Origin: Chrysomallon squamiferum
Taxonomy: Eukaryota > Animalia > Mollusca
DNA: 64,000 nt
NCBI GenBank assembly: GCA_012295275.1
Contig: CM022670.1
Coordinates: 17,422,001-17,486,000 of the forward strand
Direction of reading: 5' to 3'
Each line of letters starts with the position of its first letter. The stretch's first letter is position 1. Positions 38,701 to 51,000 of the stretch are shown piece by piece. Made by a program: the position numbers and the translations under genes. The notes under the pieces were generated by a model. The model did not search any database. It worked only from the letters and a program-made list of their open reading frames with translations, and was not told the origin of the DNA.

Positions 38701-41700
38701 AATCCTAAATAACATTAATGACTCGTTTATAATTTTCATTCAGGCATATCTAATATTTAATAAAAATAATAAGCATGATATAAGATAAGGAATAACAGAG
38801 ATATGTTTCAAAATGGACATATTCATCATCTAAAACCACTGTAAATATCTATAGTTAATTCACTTCTATAATCTTGCTAATGTGTTGACTTGATTCTTTC
38901 ATTAAAAACACCTCTATCATTTCATTATACAGTATTATTACTTTTCATTATACATTATTATTATCTTTTATTATATAGTATTATTACTTTTCATTAAACA
39001 GTATCAATATTTTTCTTTATACAGTATTATTATTTTTCATTATACAGTATTATTTTTCGTTTTGCAGTATTATTATTTTTCTTTATACAGTATTGTTACC
39101 ATTCATTATATAGTATTATTATTTGTCACTGTATAGTATTATTATTTTTCATTAATGGAGGTCAGTTCCATAACTCTCAACTAGTGTTTTAAATTACAGA
39201 TAGTTTTTAAAAACTTAGAAAAATCACTATAGTTGTATTTATCAAATAATATTATTATTTGTTTATTTAATTATTTTGAAAATTTATAAAATCGGAGATT
39301 TTACCATTTTTTTAGTCTTTTCATGATTTTCTGCACTAAATCAGGTCTTCCTCCTTTCTGAAGAGCTATAAGAAGTTCTGGAACTCCGTGGTCATTTCTA
39401 TGTAATCGACTGTCTCTCCAAGATTTCAGCAACTGATTCAAAAATAATGAAATGAAAATTAAAGAGGTTGTTTTTGTATTAAAGCTGTAACTTTAATAAA
39501 ATTAGTGAAAGCAAATAGTTTTCTTTAATACTGAAGATTACAAATGATAAATTTCCAGCAACTGATTCAAAAATTACAAAACATGTATTAAAGATAATGT
39601 TCTTGTAATAAAACTTTAAAAAGATGAATAATTTTCTTTAAAACAAAAGATCTGGAGTAATGGTATACAGCATAACAGCAGAATCAAATTCTACAGTAAG
39701 GAATAAAAACTGAGTAGAAACTTGTAAATAATAAGAATATGTCAAACTGACCTTATTTCATTGTTTATTCTTACACTTTTGTAAATCAAACTTTAATTCT
39801 TTTCAGTTTCAAATGTTTCATGTCATGTCTTTTACAGTGGCATTTAAAATAGTCAGAACTGTTAGAATAATATTTAACGATACAACACAAAATTATCTGT
39901 TTTAGTTATCAAAAGCTGACTGATACAAATGAGTAGTTCAACATGTTAACTGACTCTGTATCTCTGATTTTCTATAGTTTCTTCCTCGTCCTTCATTTTC
40001 AGAGATGTTTCTGAAAATCCCAACTGTACTGCAACACGCTGCCATTCAGAACCCAGGTCTTGAGCCAAATCCTTCAGCAGTTTTTCATTTGTGAACCCTT
40101 TCAAAACAAGAGAACAACTTTGTGAAAGAATCAGAGAGAGGGTCAGGCAGAGAGACAGACATACAGATATTTGTAAACCCTTTCAAAACAAGAGAACAAC
40201 ACTGTGAAAGAATCCGACAGAGAGTCAGTCAGACAGAAGAAATTAATATTTTACAATATATAAATTCTTTTAGACTATATCTATCATATTTCCTGTTTGT
40301 AGAAACAAAGAAGTATATTGATGTCTTCCATGTTTTATTAATTACAGATGAAGCCTAATAATATGTAGATTTAAAGAAGGGTGTTTTGTATGTAAAAATT
40401 AAAATATGCATACTACAAAGATCAAAAATTATTTGAATTATTAATAGTGGCACAACATGTCTTCATAGTGCACCAAAAAAAAAAAACCCAGACAGTCCTA
40501 CACCAGTTTAAACATGCAGTCTATTTTACCTTCAAATGTCTTTTCCTCTTCAATATTTTCATTGTCTGATGTATTTATTGCTTCGTTTTCACTTCTGTGA
40601 ATCTGGATAAAATGTAGCAATATTTGCGCCACAGTTTCATAAGTTGGATTGTCCTCAAACTCCTTCTGAGGATCTTCCATTTTCTTTGCAATATCCACAT
40701 ACCCATCTTTGTCATCATCCACAATGACAGGCAGCTTGAGCACATTTTGTCTTTTAGGATGATACTGTAATTTTGTTAGTGTTTGTTTTTCTTTCAGAGC
40801 ACTTCCAACTATGTTGATTTTAAACTCTTGTTTTGGAAATATGGTCAATTCTGTTGTATAGCTTGGCTTCTGATCTTTGTAACCTTCATTTTTCCAGTGT
40901 TGAAGACGTTTATGTAACTGCTTGTTTCTGGTGCATTCTACAACTACTTCTCCATTATTGGTGTCAGAAACATTCTTCAACATGGCCATAAAAACAACAC
41001 TGCACTGACGATGTTTGGCTTTATCCAGCAGCTCAGAATTTAACTTGATGACTTCTTTTTGTATTTCTTCTTCATCTTTCTTCTGCTCAATTTCTGATTT
41101 TGAGTAGTCTGTCACTAATTTTTTATATTCTATTAAATTGAATCTGGAAAATATTTTTAAAAAGTAACTATCTATGGAAAAAAGAACATATATATTTTCC
41201 AAATGTATGGTTTACATATTCATTATTTTAAAACATGTATTTCGTTTTTAACTGATGAGATTCATATAGGAATGCATATTTGTATCAATAAAATTATATG
41301 ACAGAAGAATAAATGTAATAAAACATTAAACATTTTTTTTCAAATTCAAAGGGTGCAGAGAAAAAAACAGTTTCAATTGATATAAAAGTGTCAGTTTAAA
41401 AAAAAGAAAAAGAAATACGGTATCTTCACTGATATTTATTTTAAGTATTTTTTCAATAATGTATGTAGTCTTTATGATACTCACTCTGAGAAATGCTGCA
41501 TGTGCACACTGACTCTATCATTATCAATGGGAGGATTTTTATGAAGGATTTCCCAAAAATCTTCATTTTCACTATCAACTTGCTCATGGCAAGCCATCAC
41601 ATATAGGTCACCTTTTCCAAAGAAGTCATTAGGCAGCCCAACTGTTATAATCACCTCTTTGTTTGGCTGTTCTCCAGCAGAATGGCTAATATCAAAAAAA

Positions 41701-43811
41701 TTGGATAACGAGAGCACGTTGTCAAATCTGTCTTCTTCAAGAGGTGGTTTTGGAATTACCTACAGGAGAAAGTAAAGATAATGATAATTTCACAGCTATG
41801 AATTATGATTTATTTTAATATTTCTAAATCTTATTTACAGATTTAAATAAAAGAAGAAGAAAAGAAATTAATATAAAAAATAATGTTACCAGGTTGATAT
41901 TTTAGACAAGCATAACAATAACTAAATTGATAGACATATCAGATCCATAATAATAAAATTTCTTGTGCTGTATTTTAATTTTCACCAGTGATGAATTTTT
42001 CTAAATTTATAATGTTTGTAGGTGTAATTTCTTTTCTTTCAAAATTGTTGTTAGCTATGAAACATGTCTACCTCGAAGTTAAGATGTCCATGTTTCTCAA
42101 ACGTTTCTGGTTTGACAAAAATGTCCACTGCTGCCATATTTGATGAGAAAGTTCCACCAACTGCTGTGACTGGAAACTTTTCTGTTATTGGTAAAGTCAC
42201 CAAAACAAAGGAATTCATTGAACAAGGATTGATTTTAGCATAGCACACCCACTGATCCTTTAAACAGAAAAATGTTAATAAAATGAACAACAATAGTAAT
42301 GATAATAATAGAAGTAGTACTAGTAGTAGTAGTAGTAGTAGTAGTAGTAATAGTATGAATAGCAACAAACTCAACAAGAACAATAGCAATAATAATACTA
42401 TAATAACAATTATAAATAAATAAATAAATGCTGGTTTTTTGTCACAAAAACCATCAAAAATACATATTAAAAAGAAAAATATGACAGAAAAAGAGGTACA
42501 ATTAGAGAACTTGATTGTAGATAATAATTATACATATAAATAAACAGAAAAAGAAATAAATACATAACCTTTTTAACTTCTCTAATATCCTTCAGCTTTC
42601 CAATGTATTCCTGTCTGTCTGTTTTCATGTAAACCTCTTCGAATCTTTCTCGCTTGGAGTAAACTGGTATTTTCAGAATAAAGTCATCTGACACATCAGT
42701 TGTAAAGATTCGAAACTCAAAAACGTCACTCATGATGAGTTCTCTGTCAGTTGGAAGCATGTCATTTCTGCTGTATTCAGGCCGCATTCGTCTCCACACC
42801 ATACCAACTGGCTTACTCCCCAATGATGTCTGAGTTCTTATTGTTAGTCCAATCTGATGAAGGTCATAGGTCATGTTTCCTTTAAGAGTTACAAACTCTG
42901 TCTGTATGTAGCTAAAAACACAAATATAAACTAATTAACATTTAGTATAAATTAATAAGCATAAGTATGAACTGATGAATCTAAGTATATACTAATAAAT
43001 ATAAATACATACTAATAAACATAAGTATAAACTAATAAACATAAGAATATACTAATGAAGATAAGTATAAACCAATAAAGATAAACTAATAAAGGCAAGC
43101 ATAAACTAATAATCATAACTAATAAACATAGTATATACTGAAAAACAGAATTATAAACTAATGAACATAAGTATATACTAATAAAGATAAGCAAAAACTA
43201 ATAAACATAAGTATAAACTGATAAACATAAGTATATACTAATAAAGATAAATATAAACTAATAAACTTAAGTATAAACTAATAAAGATGAGTATGAACTA
43301 CTGAAGTCAACAATGCTGTTTCTAATCTTGATGAAGAAATATTGACATTTCAACAAGTTATGCAGATAGGTTTCAGGTCAAATGCCACATTTATTAATTT
43401 ATAATATTACAAAAACAAAATTTCCTGACCTATTCAAGTTTCAAAACTTATTCTAGGATACAGCATATTCTGTTGAATATGTACTGGCTGCACTAAACTG
43501 AAACTGAATTGGTCTAACCCTTTGTCAATGAATTGTTTGTTTTTAAAATGAGGATTTTTCATGCTTTACCTTGAAATATTTCATGTAGTTTGTAAAAATA
43601 AAAGAGATTAATAGTAGTGACAAACAAATATTTTATGACAAAATTTCAATCATTCGGCTCATATTATGTTATTGTTTTAGTTTTTCCTTACTTTTTTTGT
43701 TGTTGTTACAATATTAAAATAATAAAATATTCAGATATATTTGCCTGGATATTGTATCACTCTCTCTGTAAATATACGTACTTATCTGTAAATCTAAACA
43801 TCTCTCTCTCT

Positions 43812-43858
<47 letters not shown>

Positions 43859-44686
43859 ACATATAAAAAATTACCCATTTTCAATGCCTTGTGAAATAAC
43901 CTTGGATTCCTTCATCAAACTGCGCATTTTTGGATTTCTGCAGCTAGAAGCTGGACTCTGATTTTCCTAGAGAATTAATTTCATTGATTAATTAATTTCT
44001 ATATGGCATGTTATACTGAAAGTCTGCCCTGAATTATGCCTTAAAATTAAATTCAAGCCAATTTTTCTCTCAATATACAAATTAAAAGTTCTCTTTCAAA
44101 AAAAAAAAAAAAAAGAAACATATTTTTTCTCTGAGATCTGAAATGTTAAAAATACTTTCTATAATTATTATGGTAGTAATAATTAAAGTTAAAAAAATTA
44201 ATAAATAAACAAAATAATGTGTGACCTCTGAGAAACAAAAGAAAGGAAAAAAATAATAAAATTTTTTAATATAATCCTCTTCCCACCAGTGACAAATGAA
44301 AAAATAGTGTAGTAAAAATAAATAATGTGGGTGTTACAAATACATAAGAAATGAAATAAAGAAGACAATTACCTTGTCTAGAATTGTTCCATCAGCTCCA
44401 CAGAAGGTAAGAAGATCAGCTGCTTCCCATTTGGATTTATTAACTGCATAGTGAAGTGGTGTTCGTCCATACTGAAAGTGAAGACAACATGTAGATTCCT
44501 TGTAATTTTTAATAGTTATTTAAAACCAGGCATGACATTTCAAACTAACAATAAACCAATCAGCTTTAATTTCTATTTTATTTTTCCTATCATATTATTA
44601 TATATATATATATCAACTGTGTGTGTGTGAGTGTGTTTTTATGTATAAGTTGTGTTTTTGTTTTTGTATTTATTTGTATATGTCTT

Positions 44687-44730
<44 letters not shown>

Positions 44731-45056
44731 GATACAGATAAGAACATCAGACTTACTTTGTCTCTGATATTTAGTTTGGCTTTGTTTCTTAGAAGAAGTT
44801 TCAGACTTTCCATGTCACCATAGGCAGATATATAATGCAGCGGAGTCCGATGAAGCTGTTATATATAAATAATATATATATTTTTTTCATTTTTCTTGTT
44901 TTTTTCTGTTTTCTGTTACTGTTTTGTCTTCAACAGCTCTCATCTATCTGACTGTTATCTAATATCTTTTTTACATTTTTAATATTTTATGTTATCTGTC
45001 TGTGAAAGGAAAATAAAGCCAAATCAAGATTAGGTAATTACTTAAAACAATACTAC

Positions 45057-45087
<31 letters not shown>

Positions 45088-48000
45088 CTATATAAGTAAT
45101 AAAAAAGAATCTTTCTGAACTTTGGTGGTCAGCCTTTACAACACATCTCAACTCTGGAGAAGTGTACACAGTGTGATTCAATGTCATCACTAGTAAATCA
45201 TGATTATTCTTACATCATCCACTTTGTTTACACTGGCACCATGACTCAGTAATAGTTTCTGTATGACAAAATTTCTCAGCTGACATGATCGCATGAATGG
45301 AGTTGCACCATTCTGAAATGATAAAAACAAACGTGTAATAAGAAAACACAATCAGATGTGTGTGTGTGTGTGTATCTGTGTGTGTTTGTATGTATGTGTG
45401 TTTGTAAGCATATCTCTACTGTGTATGTATATGTTTGTGTGTTTGTGTCTGTGTGTATATGACACATCAATGATTTTATGTATGTATTTATATGTATTTA
45501 TTTTTGTGTGTGTGTGGGCATCATTTTCAAACTGAGTCTGTGTAAAAAGTTAATCAGAGTTCTAAAAAAAAATATCATATCACTGAGAACATAGTAGAGC
45601 TGGATGCTAGTCACACAAATTATGTTAATGTGTTTCTGATCAGGATTTAGATAATTAAAACCAACATTGTGTCCTTTTTCTGTGTTTCTAATCAACTACT
45701 TGGTAAAAGATCAGCAGTAGAATAAAAGTTTATGTTTATTAAGGACATGACTTTAGTGTTAAAATTCTAGTTAATCAGGATAGAGCAGAAACACACCATT
45801 CCTCTCTTGTTAATATGAGCTCCGATATCCAAGTCATTTTCAATATTGCCTGTCTGTCCAAGTTCCACATGATTAAATAACAAGTCTGTGGCATTTTCAA
45901 TAACGTAACTGAAAGAAGAAATAATTATAAACAAAGTACAGAACCACAGAAATTACTCTTTCATTCAATTATTGCCACTTTGACATTTAATTATTACATT
46001 CACTTTTTTTTTTATCCCTGAAAATAATTACAATTTTATTTTTATTTTTCAGAAAAATATAACTAGTATTTGGATTTAAACAAAGCGTAATATTAATAAA
46101 TGTAGAGATGTGTTATTATTGTCTGCTTTGAAGGATCCCAAGTGTATTTCACCAATTTTCAACATCTTACTATTCTGATAACAAATAAAATTACTAAAAA
46201 ATAAATAAATAAATTTCATACTACATGTATATTAACAGTAAGTATATAAATTTCATAATAAATGTACACAACAAACCTGCTGGTTCCTATGGGTCGTTCC
46301 AGTCTTGATACTTTTGGTCTCTTCTGTATTTTCATTTGTTCAGAGCATGTGACTGTGAGCAGAGAATTGACACTACCAGAATGAACAGATGTTAAACTTG
46401 ATCCTTTTGATAATGATCTTGGTACGTCTGTGTTTTCAAGGGCAGCAACAATGTCTTTCTGCAATTGCTCAGCAGTAGTGTCATTCGAAACTGCACATTC
46501 TAAAACACCTTCTTTAAATGTAGCAGTTATGGTAGGTGAACCAATTTCTTTAAAGACCACATTCTGCAGTTCTGACTGAAGAAGTTTTCTGGCATTGTCT
46601 TGGTTATTGGAAATGTACTGCATAGCCTGTTCAAAGTTTCTGATGGATGTTGAAACAGCATGTAGGGTTTCAGTGTTATTAATTAGACTGTGGAACACTG
46701 GAACTTTTACTGAATTTTCTGACAGGTTTATCTTCAACACTTCAGACAAGCACTGAGTCACCTCTTGAGGAGCTTGACTTTCAAATGATTTGCATAAAGC
46801 ACGTCTAAGTGTATCTGCTACTGGTTGATATGGCTTCTCACAAACCAGCAGCGATGATTTAAAGTTTATATGTAGACCACTTTCTGTTACAGAAGTTACA
46901 TCAGCCATTTCATCCTTTTCAGTAATTTCTATTTCAAATTCTGGACAAAAACCTACTGAAAGAGTTCCTAAATTGCTCAAAGCTTTCAAAAATGATTTAT
47001 AAACAGATTCGTTTTCACCAGTGAAAACGGTTGATATATCCTGAAGTGTCACCAAAACAATATATGCTACAACTTGAAGGGCAGATTTTTGTATGAATAC
47101 AGAAGAATCAAACATCAGATTCACACCCAGATTTGTAGCAATCCTCCAGCTATCATAGAGCATGTAACCAACATCTAACAACTTTTTCATATCACCTGTC
47201 ATCCTTGTTGCCTTTTCAATTGCTGGGATGATAAATAATGAATGTTCGTAACCTTTACAAATGTCATCAAATGACAGAAAGAGGACATTTTCTGATTTAT
47301 TTTCTTTTGATTCCAAATGTCTTGAAAACACCTCAATTTCAGTCTTTAGGCATGATGCAAACTGACTTGCAAATGAGCTGTCTGGAATGTAGTACAGCCT
47401 GTTTTTCACAGACATGAGCTGTAAGTGTTTACACTGTGTCACTTGTTTAAATGGAATGAAATACCACATGCCTGTTAGAGAATGTGTGCCACATTTCTCT
47501 ACTTCTTCATACTGTAAAATCTTAAAATTCATTTTGAATTCCTCATAATCATATTCTCTTATTATTTTTCTATAAAATGTATTTTCAAAATACTCAGAGT
47601 ATTTTATCTTTTTTTTTTTTTTATAACATTCACTTTTCTGTTTAATTAAGTATATTGTCATTTTGGACATGTTTTTCAGTTCGGTGTAATTAAAAGCACA
47701 CCAGAATCCATTTGGTAATGTGGCTTCCCCCAGAAGCCAGCAGTCAGCTGTCGTCAGTCCTTGAATCAAAGTTTCTTCATAACAGTTCAGAGTTTGTTCA
47801 GAAAATGTGTCCACATACATTTTAAGCAAGTCAAATGGGTGAGTCATGGAACGGCTGTCAAAACGAGCCACCTCTTCCACCCAGTTGTTGGAATTAAACC
47901 TAATGTCTAGTCTCAGTCCACATGATTTCTCAAATGTTTCTCCAGCCTTTTTACTCTCTCTACTAATTCATCACATGTACAGTTCTCTCTTATATCCTTG

Positions 48001-51000
48001 ATCTCCATGTCTATAAATATTTTATCAAAATCCAGTCCATCAATCTGCCAGTCACCATTCATTGATTTTATTACTTTAAGGCAAATTGTTAAAATCCTAT
48101 TCTTGTAGAAAATATCTGATATATCCTTTGGTGAAACAGCTAGGATCTTAATTTGAACCACATCCATTTCAAACCACAGCAAATATTTATATGCCACAGC
48201 AATCAGTTTAATGACAGGTCTAACTTTCTTTCTGAAAAAGGAATCTATGGGTTGCAAAACACCAGCTTTTTCAAATGATTGCAGATCAATATCTAGTTCT
48301 AACTGATTGTAAGGAGATTTATCTGAGACACCCACAAGACAATCAGCAGTCATGCAGAAAACAGCAGCACATATTCTAAATGACTCATATACTGGGAAAA
48401 GAGATTTTTTATAATATGGATAAAAATCTTTCAGTGTGAAGTACCAGAAAATTCTGCTATCATCTGATGACAGGCCGATCTTTTTATCTGTAGGTAACAT
48501 GTCAACATATTTGACAACTATGTTTTTAATGGCAGATACTAAACCAATAGCTTTCTTCACAGCAGCTTCACCACCAACAGCTTCAATGTTTTCAAGAAGA
48601 AAACCTGACTGGAGAATTGTTGATTCAAGTCCACCAAGTATGTATCCATCATGTTTTCCTGCTAGAGTGAGAAAGATGTTCTCTCTGTGTTGTCTGTCTT
48701 TGGCAGAATCAAGTGATCCCCAATCAATTTCCACTTTAATATTTTGTCCCTTCAACAGATCCATTATCTGTTAAAAAGAGAAATATATTAAAATAAAGAC
48801 CACAATAACAATCAGTATTTAATCTATCTGCATCAACTCTTCAAAGTGCTAAAACTTATTCAATAAATCATTTATTAACCAGTTGTGGAAATAACTGTAA
48901 TGATGTAAATTGTACTTACTCGTTTTTCAAGTTCAGGAATGGATTCCTCTATTTCTGTTTTCAGAGATTCTTCTTGTGAAAGTTCAACAGGAATCTCAGC
49001 TGTGTCAACAACAAGGTTTCCTCTGTTGCCATCACTCAGCCTCAGACACACTTTATCATGTAATTCATTACCAAGCACTTTCATCTGTGGCTCTTGAGAA
49101 GATTCGTCTTCTACACAAGATACAATCAGTGTTGTGATAAATTTCCACTGAGATGACTCTAAGTTTATTTCTTGCTGATACCTGCCTATTACCAGTTTGG
49201 AGAGTATTACTGAATAAAGCCAAATCCCTTGTATGCCATACTTGTTACCTGCAGCTTCAAAGCTTTTTATGTCAATTCTTAACTCCTTTTCCATAAAATG
49301 ACTTGGTAAAAATGATTTCTCTGTCACTTCTACATCTTCCAGAACTTGTCTGAAGTGATCATCTGGCTTCATGCAGAGCAGTGCTTCTGCCTGTGACACT
49401 CTCTCAGTCTGGTTTATTATGGAACTAATCCACTCCTCATCTCCAGGATGTGAAAGACCAATGCACCATCTTATGGACAATGGTAAAGTATCTCCTAGTT
49501 CTGTCAGCGTTTTAACTTGTTCTGAATCTGTGTAAATATTTAATTCTTCAATTACCTTCACAGCATGAAGATTTCCAAAACCAAATGCTATGTCCAAAGC
49601 AGAAGGTGATAATGGTTTACTAAGTACATCAGTTTCAGTGATGATAGCAGAAAACAAGGTTGTGTTGTGACCAGCAATTGCTTGTAAACATAATTCAGCA
49701 GTCACAGATGCTAGTATTTCTTTGTTGTTTCTAAACAAGTAAGATGTTGCTGAATCAAAACCATACTGTAAAGTTTTATATATCAGCTCTGTGATACCGT
49801 TTGGCTTTGATGCATTGTGTATGATAAATATCTGGGCAACAGCAACAGATGATTGATATCCCATTGCTGTTAATCCAATATCTAAGACATCTGATGTATG
49901 ACACATCTCAGACCAAGCAAGGTGATTTATTAATGGATGAGTAAAAGTTCCTCTGCCATCAGGAACATATGTAAGCATAAAGTTTTCTCTTTTCTTGAAA
50001 TCACGGACAGATATATTATTACGTGTGTCACAGCTTGATGAAAGCATTTTTGACCAACCAATGCATCTGTCAAGTAAACAGTCAATGCAGGAAAGATCAG
50101 TCTCAGTGTGTGATGCATGTTCTGCAGTGTCCAGCTCAACACCTTTCAACAAGTCTGGAAGGATAGAATGATGACCAAATGCAACACACAAAGCTGCTGG
50201 AATGTAGTTATTCTTGTCATGTTTCAAGAAAAGTTGATCTTCAGCTTTTTCTGTAATGAGTCTACAGATTTCCTTATTGCCTGCCAGTGCAACATGATGC
50301 AATATTGTCTCACCAGTATCTGAAACCCAGTCTAAGCACTGGTCTTCATCAAAAAGTATCTTCACACATTCCACCTGATGGTTTTCAATGGCACAGACAA
50401 TTGGTATTTTACCCTTCTGGGAGGACCTGCGAGTCCATGCTGTCATATTGTCAGTAGAATATTTCTGTATTAGCTTCAGTAAATGGAGGAGAGATTTCTC
50501 ACATCCAGTTATTGCACAAAGATGAAGAAGTGGATAAAATGAATAAGACATTTTTATGGTGTTAACAATGGTTTCTCCACCTACTTCAAGTACTGCGCAA
50601 GCACCACTGTCATCCTTCATTGCCAGAAGATGTGGGAGATCTATGTCTGTCCAAAATCTTGAAAATGTTACTTTTTCATAACTCATCAATAAATATTTCT
50701 TTCTGTGTTTTTTCCTCATTTTCCTGAAATCATCCAGCACTGTAATATCTTTTGGCATAAAGACTTGTTCATGTCTTGGTAGTTTTGCATTGTTGTTGAG
50801 AGCCAGTTTAAACCACCCTGTCTGATTTAGATCCCTACTTTTCTTTTGCTTCAAATCCATTTTTCCCATTTCTTCTAACAAGTGTACTAGTTCAATGTTT
50901 CCCATAGATCGAGCAATATCAAATGGTGTCAAACCTGTACTGTCAGTACTTTTCACAGCTTCTTTCTGAAGTCCGAGGACTCCTTCAGCTACCTGTTTCA

